The notes beneath the pieces were generated by a model. That model worked only from the letters and a program-made list of their open reading frames with translations, made no database searches and was not told the DNA's origin. The position numbers were made by a program, and so were the translations under genes. A stretch of 63,657 nt of DNA from Octopus bimaculoides (lineage: Eukaryota): positions 52,435,093-52,498,749 of the forward strand of contig NC_068994.1 in the NCBI RefSeq assembly GCF_001194135.2. Reading direction: 5' to 3'. Shown piece after piece: positions 1-12,115 of the stretch. How positions within the stretch are numbered: the first letter of the stretch is position 1; the number at the start of each line of letters is the position of its first letter.

Positions 1-172
1 TATAATGCGTTTAGAAAAAGGTTTCTCGAAGTAAATTTCAGAAGGTAATTCTATTAGCCATAAGTCAATTTTATGTCACACAGACAAATATGCATACTCC
101 TAAAAACAAGCACACATATATATATAGACACAAAGATCTGTAAAGAAATAGGAATATCCATGTATATACTTG

Positions 173-228
<56 letters not shown>

Positions 229-733
229 GGCAATTAGGCTCACCTCTACATATTTGTCTATAGTTTTATATATATATTTATAATATAAATGCTTATTGCG
301 AATGCTTCTAAGTATATACGATGATATACTTGGTTATTTACTTGCATGTGTAAGTATATGTGATTACATCCTTCCGTATACTAACCCAGACAGACGCAAT
401 TTTCTATTAAACATATGGTATTGGATGCATGATTCTAATGTAATTTCAGTCCTTTATCTTCAGTTTCTTTTACCTTCATACAAGATTTAATTTGGTTGGC
501 GTTTTAGGCCTGTGTAAGCAATATATATATTACTTGTTATATGCCTACGTTCTTACTATGCGAAATGTATTTTTTCTTAGTGTATTCTTTTCTGCAGTTT
601 TTGTGTTTCATGCGTTTCGTGAAAGTTATTGTTCTCTATCTGGGACAATTGAAATTTTTCATTCACCATTCTTTTCCTATTGCTAACATTATCTATACAT
701 GTATACACATATCAACTCCACACACACACACAC

Positions 734-779
<46 letters not shown>

Positions 780-1392
780 NNNNNNNNNNNNNNNNNNNNN
801 NNNNNNNNNNNNNNNNNNNNNNNNNNNNNNNNNNNNNNNNNNNNNNNNNNNNNNNNNNNNNNNNNNNNNNNNNNNNNNNNNNNNNNNNNNNNNNNNNNNN
901 NNNNNNNNNNNNNNNNNNNNNNNNNNNNNNNNNNNNNNNNNNNNNNNNNNNNNNNNNNNNNNNNNNNNNNNNNNNNNNNNNNNNNNNNNNNNNNNNNNNN
1001 NNNNNNNNNNNNNNNNNNNNNNNNNNNNNNNNNNNNNNNNNNNNNNNNNNNNNNNNNNNNNNNNNNNNNNNNNNNNNNNNNNNNNNNNNNNNNNNNNNNN
1101 NNNNNNNNNNNNNNNNNNNNNNNNNNNNNNNNNNNNNNNNNNNNNNNNNNNNNNNNNNNNNNNNNNNNNNNNNNNNNNNNNNNNNNNNNNTATATACATT
1201 ATATATACATATATATTCATATACATTTATGTATGAATACATATACATATATATGCATGCGTATATATATATATATATATGTATATATTTATGAAAAATG
1301 TATGGTGCACCAGCATGACCGCAGCCACTTGGCTGAAACACATAAATAAATAAATAAATAAATAAATGTGCATATGTGTATGCATATGTATT

Positions 1393-1425
<33 letters not shown>

Positions 1426-1932
1426 CCATGTATATATATACATATATATATATATATATACATATATGTATCTGTGAGTGTTTATTATCTTTGAGTGTAA
1501 GTGTTTGTTTTTTGTGTGCGCGTGTATGTTGGCCTCCGTGATGCAATACTCGCAAGGATTATTTATCTCTACATATCTTTTTTGTTCCAAGAATATATTC
1601 CATTTAAGATGATAATGTATGGTATTCTTCTTCAACGACGAAAAGTCTGAGCCCAAAGTAGCTTGATTCCCTTCGTATCTATTCTTAGAGAAATGCCTGT
1701 TACTCTAAAATCCGGATAAACATGTAGCAATGTAAACTCTCGAAATGCTTTTTGTGGTATACACCGATGCACTACATCGTTTGTTAAAAATATAGATTCT
1801 AGAGGGCTGTTTTCCGCATCACTGAAGTTTAACGAGCTGGTATTTTCCACGCTGTTGAATTTATCTGGTTTAGAGGTGTTAAACTAAGGTCGAACGTGGT
1901 CGCTTTCTGCGTAGTGAATTCAGCATTATATA

Positions 1933-2035
1933 GCATCGACTTCGAAAGTCTGAAAGGCAAAGTTAACCACCGCAGAATTTGAACTTTGACTGTGAAAACC
2001 CGGAGTAAATACCGTGAAACATATTTCCGACGTTC
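1933..2035 (-). mobile_element. tRNA-derived SINE family S1, degenerate fragment
   Basis: Reverse complement matches the S1 core (gttcaaattc...gg ttaactttgcctttcagactttcgaagtcgat) seen in fuller copies at 8727 and 51478. Confidence 0.6.
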
Positions 2036-2088
2036 TGTCGGTCCTACGAGGTGCCGATACATCATTCTAAGAGTAACAACAATAATTA

Positions 2089-2288
2089 TTTTCTACTATA
2101 AGCAAAAAGCCTGAGATTTGGGGAAGGGAGCTAATGAATTGTTATCGACCCCAGTGTTCAGTTGGTTTTTATTTCATCTACATCGAATGAATTAAAGACA
2201 AAGTCGGCCTCGGCGGAATTTGAACTGAGAATGCGTCGGACGAAATGACGACGAGCATTTCTCTAACGATACTATCAGCTCGCCGCCT
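2089..2288 (-). mobile_element. SINE family S1, near full length
   Basis: Minus strand reads ggcggcgagctg...ttctcagttcaaattccgccgaggccgactttgtc...ctggggtcgataac, homologous to the 51478-51712 copy. B-box-like GTTCAAATTCC. Confidence 0.8.
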
Positions 2289-2639
2289 CAACAATTACTA
2301 TGAGAAAAATTAGCATGGAATACAATCACCATGCGCATTGAGTTTAAGTGTCTAACGTGTTTACTAAGACTGATTAATATTTATTATCGAGAAAAAAATT
2401 GGTAGACATAAAAAAGAAGATAATTGATCTGATGTATATGCGATGAAAAATACGTAAAGGGAGGTAAATGTGCATCAAACGTCTATCTTTATATCAGTCA
2501 CACCAAAGTTTATTTCCATTTCTCGGAAAGTTCCCTCGCTATAAAAGTACCAATCAGTCAACTTAAACAGCTTTGACATGCTTACGATAAAGTCAAACCA
2601 AATAATGTTCAAATCGTTAGAATAAGATTGTATTGTCAC

Positions 2640-2687
<48 letters not shown>

Positions 2688-2746
2688 CATTATTATTATT
2701 ATTATCATTATTATTATTATTATTATCATTATTATTATTGTTATTA

Positions 2747-2783
<37 letters not shown>

Positions 2784-2803
2784 CATTATTATTATTATTA
2801 TTA

Positions 2804-2858
<55 letters not shown>
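2640..2858. repeat. (ATT)n microsatellite with ATC interruptions
   Basis: Direct reading. Source of the poly-I/Y/L ORFs. Confidence 0.98.
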
Positions 2859-2861
<3 letters not shown>

Positions 2862-2865
2862 AGGT

Positions 2866-3050
2866 AGGGAAATGCTTAGCTGTATTTCGTCCGTTTTACG
2901 TTCTGAGTTCAAATTCCGCCGAGGTCGACTTTGTCTTCTGTCCTTTCAAGGTCGATAAATTAAATTAGGTACCAGTTGAGTACTGGGTCGATAAAATAAG
3001 TGCCAGCTGATTACTAGGGTCGATGTAATCGATTACTCCCCTACCGCCAC
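2866..3050 (+). mobile_element. SINE family S1, 5'-truncated, with an internal duplication
   Basis: gaaatgcttagc...ttctgagttcaaattccgccgaggtcgactttg. The segment gtcgataaa...taggtaccagttgagtactgggtcga occurs twice in diverged form. Confidence 0.85.
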
Positions 3051-4665
3051 AAACAAATTTAACGTCCATATGTTCACATTCTTTGGCCATTAACTCTGCC
3101 GATATTTCATCTGCGTTTGTTCTTTATCTTATACGTTCCCTAGAAACACTCCAGTGAGTTTGCTGCAAGTTTAGTTACCGTCAACGTGACAGTGCAACAG
3201 GCGATTCTAGACTACATGTTACTAGCGGTGCTCACAAAGGAGCTGGCATAAAGTCTCTGTATTTTGAATACCAGATACCACAAGGAAATATAATTTATCA
3301 ATTAATGGATTACTGAGTCTAAATATATTTTTATGAAGTTGAATCTAAGAGATTGCTTTTTGTCTTGTTCAAGAGAAATTTTCTAAAATGGAAATGAGTT
3401 ATGCATAGTTTAGAATACATAGCCGATTATACAAACGGAATGTGCACAGAACATTTTAATGAAAATTTTATAGGAAATACACACAAGATGATATGTGCTT
3501 CTTGGAGAAGAGGGGAAAAGGAGAGAGATGCTAATGAAATAAAGTAAATATTGGATAAAAAATACAGCAATTTCGATATTCGAAATGAGAATAGTAAACA
3601 ATGTTTAAAAGTCAACATCAGCGCTTTTAGAATCATTTGTGTAAGGGCCATAACGTTTTTAGACGCGTTAACATACCTTAATTAAGTAAGGAATGAATTC
3701 ATATAGCATTCATTGTGAGAACGGATTATTTGATTTAAGTTTATGAATAGCATTAAGTAGATTAAGCTGAAAAGAAAATGAAACTGTATTGAATAATTTA
3801 AATATGAATGCAGATATTTATTGGAGAGTTTTGATTCGTCGAAATATTAAAAAGAAATAAATATTATATAAAAATGGAAGGTTACCTAAAAGTGTTAGCT
3901 ACAGAAATATGTGCAAGGTTGTATAAAAGAAAGATTTCTTATGGGAGATAATTTACGTTGCAAAGAGGGTAGGAATTTACATATATTGCATTAAAGATTT
4001 AGCTTAATAATGCCAGACAAGAAGCTGAATATTATTAAAGAATATAATCTAAAATAAAGAGATCCCTGAACAGCATTGTGCATCACTCCATTAATAAAGG
4101 AGAGTCTAGAATATCCAACCAAAGATTTACATGCAATTATCTTCCAATACTCGATCTCACAGTTTTAGGCAGTTGCAGTCGATTTACAGCGTTTCACATC
4201 AATGTGATATCACTCTACAGTGTGAAGCAGAAGAAAGAATCGAAGGATGCGTGGAGCTAAATGATAATTAAGGTCTAATTTAGTAGAAGAATGTGTAGGC
4301 GGTTAAACACCCATTTATGTGCATATGTGACATGATTCCGAGGTTTGTATCTGAAGCAATGTGTGTGCAAATACAGAGATAGAGAACATTATATATAGAT
4401 AAATGAATATTTAACTGAGTTGGAGTTCTGAAGATGAATTACGAAATATTTTAAAGTTCGAGCGTGTCATTCAGATCGTAAAAAATTCAGCTGTTTCGAA
4501 CGCAGTTTTTATCTTTTATTAATATCTTTCAAACATGGTATCGTGTAATAATTTTCGCTTATTGATGTATTTTATTAAAAGGATGAGCGTTTAACGAATG
4601 AAAATAATTTGAAGAGTTGCAGCATGTAGTATAGTAGAAGAGTCAACGGAGCTGAGCATTTAGAT

Positions 4666-4848
4666 CAGGGTCCCCAAACGTTGTAGACCATCGACCCTTT
4701 CGTGGAATTCTTGACCCCACACCAGCCCCCAGGTATGTACAAGAAAATAAATCTGTAATAATAATAAATAAGTAGACGCGCATTTATCGAGCCCTTGAAT
4801 AGTCCCATCGATCCAATGGGTCGATATCGACCACTTTGGAAGCCCCTG
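4666..4848. mobile_element. hAT (Charlie-like) MITE, 183 bp
   Basis: Imperfect TIRs CAGGGTCCCCAAA / TTTGGAAGCCCCTG. 8-bp TSD ATTTAGAT (4658-4665) / ACTTAGAT (4849-4856). Subterminal palindrome GGTCGATATCGACC. Confidence 0.85.
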
Positions 4849-5122
4849 ACTTAGATGATCAAATGAGTTAAATTATAAATTTTGCGCTAAAAATCTGTAA
4901 ATATGAGAATCTCAGTTACAAATGAATGTACTTTGATAACTTTTGGGCGGTTAGTATATGAAGATAAGTCATAGATGTTTCAGATATTTCATTTTTGAAC
5001 TATCTTAACAGTGTCGGTTTACGGCAACAGAACTATACTAGAGCTGAAGGAATGCCAAGGATGAATACGTAGAAAACAATAAATTCGATTTTGAAGAATG
5101 AATTTATAGCATTATTAAATTA

Positions 5123-5135
5123 TAGATAGATAGAG

Positions 5136-5169
<34 letters not shown>

Positions 5170-5205
5170 GTAAATAGATAGATAGATAGATAGATAGATA
5201 GATTG
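5123..5205. repeat. (GATA)n/(GACA)n compound microsatellite
   Basis: Direct reading. Confidence 0.95.
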
Positions 5206-5253
5206 TTACATAGATACATAGATAGATATATACATACATATATACACACATAC

Positions 5254-5284
<31 letters not shown>

Positions 5285-5628
5285 CGTATGTGTGTGTATG
5301 TTTCTGTATGTAAATGAATTCCATGTGTGGTGGGTGAGTGACAAAGGGTTTTTACTAATGACTGAGAGGTAATATAATTTACGCATGGCAATCACGTGTT
5401 CCTGGCGTTTTTCGGTTTACATATCTTCCTCTGTGTTTGCTATATCGTTCCGGACAGTAGCTGAATTCAATATTTCTAATGCATAATCAACCAGATGATA
5501 AATGTAATTTTCTATTTGATTCTAAATATTGAACAAGTTATGCTATGCATCACTAATGTTTTGGGTTTTCAATTGAGCCGATAATGTATTTTATCCTATT
5601 TACACAAGGAACGTAAAATAAATTCTTA

Positions 5629-5661
<33 letters not shown>

Positions 5662-5850
5662 NNNNNNNNNNNNNNNNNNNNNNNNNNNNNNNNNNNNNNN
5701 NNNNNNNNNNNNNNNNNNNNNNNNNNNNNNNNNNNNNNNNNNNNNNNNNNNNNNNNNNNNNNNNNNNNNNNNNNNNNNNNNNNNNNNNNNNNNNNNNNNN
5801 NNNNNNNNNNNNNNNNNNNNNNNNNNNNNNNNNNNNNNNNNNNTATATAT

Positions 5851-6241
5851 AATCATAAATATATAGGGATTGACAGTAACCTGCTTCTCCAACATACTGA
5901 GAATTCAGAAATAGCAGTCAAAGAACTACTGATTTCAAAACTACAAATTATTACTCCAGATTGATAGCGATATTTTTGATACACACAGAACAAAAAAACA
6001 GTAGAGAAGAGTAAAAAACAACCTGCCTTTAGTTAATTTAGTACGATCGTTTCACAGTTAAGAGTAAAGAATACTCTATTCTGATCTTCAGCTAAATATT
6101 CCAATAAATTTGTTAATGTCTAAATAACTCACGTTAATTTTGACCATGTGAACATCAATACCACGTGAGCTACTGAGCTACTCAGCAAAATTGTTAATTA
6201 TTAATTTTATTACTAATTGACGATTCCCTGCCCTGCATATC
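5851..6241 (-). mobile_element. Hammerhead-bearing short non-coding element (retrozyme/Penelope pLTR-like), about 390 bp, (TA)n on both sides
   Basis: Both ends recur almost identically at 60674-60788. The left ~250 bp is homologous to 41931-42149. Contains the hammerhead motif at 6036-6097. Confidence 0.7.
6036..6097 (-). ncRNA. Minimal type I hammerhead ribozyme motif
   Basis: Minus strand: AUUUAG-CUGAAGA-(U CAG..AGAGUA uucuu UACUCU..CUG U)-GAAA-CGAUC-GUA-CUAAAU. Perfect 6-bp stem I, palindromic stem III (ACGAUCGU), NUH = GUA. U-U mismatch at 10.1/11.1. Confidence 0.75.
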
Positions 6242-6339
6242 TATATATATATATACATCTGTGTGTGTGTGTTTGTGTGTGTGTTTGTTAGAGTAAGCTT
6301 AATTTGAAGTGTTACCGGTGTTTCTGCGCTAATAAGAGG

Positions 6340-6480
6340 GCTGGGAATGCCGTGGTTGATGATACGCAGACACGCGCTGAAACTGCGACAATATTATGCC
6401 TCTGTCTCCAAGGAACTGCTACATAAAGCCCTCACCTTCGCAAGCGAATTCATAGGAATCAGAATATATATATATATATA
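6340..6480 (+). mobile_element. Penelope-like element RT fragment (decayed)
   Basis: Translation QYYASVSKELLHKALTFASEFIGI resembles the recalled PLE RT segment FYPSISxELLxKALxFASxF. Interrupted by (TA)n at about 6464. Confidence 0.5.
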
Positions 6481-6797
6481 TATAAGAAACACTGGGATTA
6501 AAAATCATGGCAGATATATACTAAGTAATCAGCACTCAGTATATAGGAATAAATTTAAAATCCCAACAAGCAGAAACAAGTAAATGCATGTAGAAAACAA
6601 ATCCCAGGTAAATCCTCATTTTTGACAGGTAAATCCAATGATCCTTATGCAGAATTTTAAGACATTCGGTGTATTAACAACAATCAGTAATACGTACGAA
6701 GAAAATCATATATTTATTTTAGATTACAAATTGAAATTAAAAATCCAACAATTGTTTCAATTGTATTAACATATACATATATAGTCATACACCCCCC

Positions 6798-6900
<103 letters not shown>

Positions 6901-7529
6901 GCATATATATGCATATATGGGTACAGGACGTCACAAACTGAAAACAACATGAAATAGGTAGACAAATGAGTTAAATTTCGTACGCAATCAAGCTAGAATT
7001 AATTAAAGAATAATTAATTAAATAATAGCAACTACCAGCCATGATTATTATATAGCTGGGTAGGTTAATATTTAAAACATTTGTGTACAGACATGCATAA
7101 ATGGTAAATTTCTGCGTTAACAGGAATGAAAAACAAATTCTTTTTATAGACAATGTGTCTGAAACATACAAAGCTAGGTACACAAGAGCAAAATGGTTAT
7201 TTATTTAGATATAATAAAAGCGGTTCTTAATTCCGAATCTGTATTCTAACGACGCAGAAACACCTGTGATGCAATTCGATGACGTCATTCATGAAGATTG
7301 GTGTATTTTAATCGTTTGTTATAAGAAGTTTTCTTCTGAGAGATTTATCGCAGTGAAAATCTCTGCACGTTTTAGTGTACAAAGCTGAATAAAACATAAA
7401 TATGCATTCGTAATACATACATACATACACATATATATATATAGTTGAAATTTATAATAAAACAAAAGATGAAGACAGGTGAATGAACAACAAGCAAGTG
7501 TATTGGTTTAACGGTCGAGAAAATGTAAG

Positions 7530-7567
7530 TCTTTTACATTTCGAGCCTACGCTCTTCAACAGAAAGA
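7530..7567 (-). ncRNA. Decayed minimal hammerhead-like motif within a Penelope-type repeat (about 7440-7600)
   Basis: Minus strand: UCUUU-CUGUUGA-A-GAGC GUAG GCUC-GAAA-U-GUA-AAAGA. 5-bp stem I and 4-bp stem II. Core changes A6->U and C15.2->U. Confidence 0.45.
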
Positions 7568-8084
7568 AATAAGACTGAGAGAGAATGAAAAAAAATCTTG
7601 TAGATTTCAGCGGTCCTGTTCATTTTTCTCTATACACAAGGAGGGGACAAAAGGTCCCTGAATAAGGTTTGTTTACGGATGTTGACCAAAACACTAATGT
7701 TTCCAAAGGTGAATTATTCAAACTCCAAAGAATTCCTCTCAACACATGGCTATGATGCTGCCCCACTACTTCTGCACATGATCAGAGATGCACATATCGT
7801 CAGTCACTAAGGAACATGCTAAACTGGTTATGGTCAAACAACTGACAAGCAAATCTGTGGTATTGAGCAGAATATTTGCTGTAGACTTTTAATCTGCATC
7901 TTTGTTACAGTCACATGCCGAGACACGCCCAGTGTCTTGGGTGGGGGGAGTGTAGATAAGAGATGCTACAGTATGAATGAAAGCCTGGGGAGGAGAAGTA
8001 GCAAAATATCTACATTTAAATGTATAGGATCTATCTAAGGATGTAGGCAATACTTGTCAGTACAATCTTTTGGATTTCTCTGTG

Positions 8085-8263
<179 letters not shown>

Positions 8264-8324
8264 TTAGAAAGGAATTATCATTTGTCAATTTAGATATTTA
8301 AATTTCATACTATTCTAATAATTA

Positions 8325-8640
8325 GAAAAGAAAAGAAATGTAATTAATGTTTTGTAATGAGTTTCTGATGTATGCAATTAAAGATTTTCATTTGAGATAA
8401 TGAGCGAACAAATGGAAATAGGGAAATAGAAAAGGATTAAAAAAAGAGAAGGTGATTGTAACAGACGGAGAGATTACGACAGAATACATGCGGATAGGAT
8501 AACATAAAGAGACTAAATAGATGACGCATAACTAGATATATTGTGAGAAATGCTGTGGAAGAGAAAGATGAAGACGTGGATGTAGTCATTGGGGAGAGCA
8601 TACGACCAGCGGAATTTGATAAGAAAAAACAGTGAACACT
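8325..8640 (+). mobile_element. Possible fossil LINE (L1/Tx1-like) APE endonuclease fragment
   Basis: Across stops and frameshifts: VINVL (~INVYAP), KVIVTDGEITT (~VIVGGDFN), RITRYIV...VIGESIRP (~RIDYI...SDHxP), in the expected order. Confidence 0.3.
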
Positions 8641-8726
8641 GCATAGAAGACACCCATCAAGTTTATACGTAAGCACCTACAGGAAGTATCTACAGGCAGT
8701 TTAATGTTGATATGTACTGAGAGAAA

Positions 8727-8960
8727 GGCTGAGAGCTGGCAGAAACGTGAGCACGCCGGGCCAACTGCTTAGCGGTATTTCGTCTGCCGCTACGTTATGA
8801 GTTCAAATTCCGCCGAGGTCGACTTTGCCTTTCATCCTTTCGGTGTCGATAAATTAAGTACCGGTTACGCACTGGGGTCGAGTGTGATCAAGTTAATCCG
8901 TTTGTCTGTCCTTGTTGGTCCCCTCTATGTTTAGCCCCTTGTGGACAATAAAAAAATAGA
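8727..8960 (+). mobile_element. SINE family S1, full length, with a degenerate second copy at 8961-9110
   Basis: gagctggcagaaacgt...gagttcaaattccgccgaggtcgactttgcctttcatcc...ccccttgtggacaataaaaaaat. Confidence 0.9.
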
Positions 8961-9476
8961 AACGTTAGCATGCAGAGGCAAGGTGATTTGCGGCTTTTAG
9001 TTTGACTTTATGTTCTGAGTTCAAACTCTGTCGAAAAAATAAGCACTGGTGTCGATGTAATCGATTTCTCCACTCCCGGAAATTGCTAGACTTGTGACAA
9101 AATTTAAAACTGATACGTAGTCAGAGAGGTATTGATATACATTATTTGTTATATCAGTATATCAACATACGTTGCTCTAGGATTCGTTGTGTGATGTAGA
9201 CACCATTGATAGGAACGCAATAAGGTGTGAAAATAGATTTAGGACTGTCGTCATTTTTGTCAATCAACGAAGAAATAAACTTCCCCTGTTGAAATATCTA
9301 CAGCATAGATTACATATATATATTTTTTATCATACCTTGATACTGTGCGGACCAAGATCCACATTGACAGGCCACTGATGTTAAATAAAGTGTTTAATAA
9401 TTATAGTAAGCAAAGTATAAGCGCAGCCGTGGCTGTGTGTTAAGATAAGATATCTCACAAGTGTAATAGTATTTAA

Positions 9477-9538
9477 CTGCTATTTCTAAATTTCGGTATG
9501 TGGTGAAGCAATTTTGCTGAACCCTAATTATAATTATG
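9477..9538 (+). mobile_element. Terminal fragment of the hammerhead-element family
   Basis: ctgctatttctaaatttcggtatgtggtgaagcaattttgctgaaccctaattat matches the reverse complement of 41935-41992. Confidence 0.75.
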
Positions 9539-10559
9539 CATATAATTATAAAACTTTTGTATAAGTTTGCCGTTAAGGGTTCTTTTAACACACCGAACTA
9601 CTTGTTAAAATTATTAATTATTAATTTTACCCTATATAATATATATATATATATATATTTTATGTATATTTATACACACGTATGTATAAAAATACATACA
9701 GTTGTTTATGGTAGACACACACACCACATGTATGTGTGTGTGTGTGTGTGCACGTATATACATATATATATACAGTTCCAATAACTGACAGAGTCAACAA
9801 CTATTGAAAAGTTTGCAAGACGAAACGAAAATTTTAGCAAAAATAAATAAATGTGTGGAAATCAGACTGGTGAGTGTGTTAAGTTAACAAGGCACTGAAA
9901 CAGAATGACTCTCCCCAGGTACAATAAGATATGCTTCAACACAGAAATTCACATAAAGAATCTTGCAAACCAATTACAAAAACGAAATATATATTGAGAG
10001 ATATAGTATAAGTAGAAACGTTGATAATATCCATGTTATGAAATTACATGTAACGATTGTAAAGTTGTTTGAATATCAATTACGAACATTTTCAACCACA
10101 TTACCGCACGCACGTGTGTGTATAGGTTCAAAACGTGACAGGGAAGGCAATAGTCGATTACTAGAACCAATATTGAGTTGAGGTGAGGCTGAAAACATTT
10201 TACAAATTCTTGGTTTTGACTCTGCTAAACGGTCCTGAGATAAAGCCGAACATTTGACAATCATGTGACAAATAAACGGATAAAGATTTAAAGCACAGAA
10301 GGTTTTCAATCTCTTCCCATATCGATGGTATGTGTTGTATAAACTGATTGATCTTTGTTGAAGATAACCTAAATATAATAATGCAGTTGAATTAGTTGAT
10401 TAATAGGGAGTGTTATATCGTGATAAAAAAGGCTTGTCATTATTAACACGGCTACCGCCAGTAAATAAAGGTAAAACCATGTTGAAGGAACATATATGAA
10501 ATAAATCCACATTAAATTGGGGGAAAATAGAGAATTATATAAATAAATAAATGAATCAA

Positions 10560-11000
10560 TAAATAGATTTTGCTATCAGAGAAATGGGCAGGAGACGAGG
10601 AGGGATTTTCAAGAAAAAGGCAGCTCATGAAGGAATATGAAAAGAGAAAGGATGATTTAGAGAAAATTGAAGAGGATGTAAAGATTATAGCACTGTATTT
10701 GCATGATGGTATATACAACGCTAACATACTTCGACACAGGGCCTCGGTTGAATGAAAATGATAGTGATATAAAGAAAGAGAGAAGTAATAAGAGTTATTG
10801 GAAGCTGGGTAAAGTTGATGGCTCTTTACAATAGGTTGTAGACGTATGGAGAATGAATAGAGAAACAGATGGATAAGTGTTTCAAAATTTAATTAGGGTG
10901 CAGAAAAGGGACAACAACCTTCAATATTTTGCGTGAAGTTTAAAGGAATTAAATGCAGAGGCACAAACTGGACATCCCACAGATAAATATGATCTGAAAC
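10560..11000 (+). mobile_element. Fossil L1/Tx1-like RT fragment
   Basis: EEGFSRKRQL...KIIALYL...RASVE (~QxGFxxGRQI...LDxEKAFDSVEW), then WVKLMALY...DKCFKIxLGCRKG...TFNIL (~LY...FxIxRGxRQG..LFNI). Several stops. Confidence 0.45.
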
Positions 11001-11779
11001 AGAAATTAGCGATTTAAAAGGACACGAAACCGAATTTTTTAAAACGGATGAAATTACACAATCAACAGTAATTCCAATGCCTCTATGGTCAATCGTCGAG
11101 GGGAAAATTCGTCCCTATATTAATAATTGGTTACCATTACATATATGCAGGGGTTAATGATTAAAACTTCTTACATCATGTATCCAAAGGGTGAGGAAAA
11201 ATTGTTCAACAAAATGCTTTTCACAACTCCAATTACGAATCATGCTATACATATTTACAAGTTCTAGAACGAAAAATATTACTGTAGTTTTCTGTACATA
11301 TGAAATGATTTTGGTTTGGTTATATTTTTTTACGTTTTCGGTTAAAAACGCATAGAAACTGCGATACTCACAAAATTCTGAGAGCTAATAATATAAAGAA
11401 CTCAGATATTAACAAGTAAAAGCATAACTTAATGTAACGTAAAATATACGACTAAACTACGTTTTATTTTGTCTACACGATGATTATAAACAGTCATAAA
11501 AAGGATGAATATACGTACTTTATTTCGTCTACAGGCGCCATTTTTAGCTAAACATTTTTTTACAAATACATAGTTTATTGACGCTGTAAGCAGCAGTGTG
11601 TGTGTTTTTGGTTTAAATTTTTGATTTCTGTTTTTCCAGATAATCTTTTAAAACGTCATATTAATCTCAATCCATCCATATATTTTTTACAGCATTGTTT
11701 AAATTGCTAAGTGGCAAAGTATTAAGACACCATTTATTATATTTAACGTTTAGTTATATGCATGTACGCATACATGTAT

Positions 11780-11853
<74 letters not shown>

Positions 11854-12069
11854 GTCTGGTTACAGCGCCATATCAAAGCTGGCACTTAGATCATGATATA
11901 TGTCTTATTTATTCTTTCTGCCATGTGTATTCTGAAATTGAGGATTGAGTAGCTCTTCACAAAAGACGAGTTACCCACCGACATATACACACATACACAN
12001 NNNNNNNNNNNNNNNNNNNNNNNNNNNNNNNNNNNNNNNNNNNNNNNNNNNNNNNNNNNNNNNNNNNNN

Positions 12070-12115
<46 letters not shown>

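Noticed and set aside
541-1656. Long ORFs containing X runs (also at 12.8-13.6, 20.9-23.0, 41.1-41.9, 53.9-54.6, 60.1-60.8 and 61.9-62.4 kb)
   Set aside because: They are open only because N-gaps and stop-free (TA)/(CA) repeats lack stop codons.
2475-2968. Poly-I/Y/L ORFs; likewise poly-F/R at 43886-44465 and poly-T/V at 14425-14838
   Set aside because: Translations of trinucleotide microsatellites.
9792-9869. 78-nt open segment ending at CTG|GTGAGT (SQQLLKSLQDETKILAKINKCVEIRL)
   Set aside because: No polypyrimidine tract; lies between putative L1 EN and RT relics, so may be linker sequence.
11902-11967. TGAAGA-GC...GC-A-GAAA on the minus strand
   Set aside because: C3 missing, stem III absent, stem I out of register.
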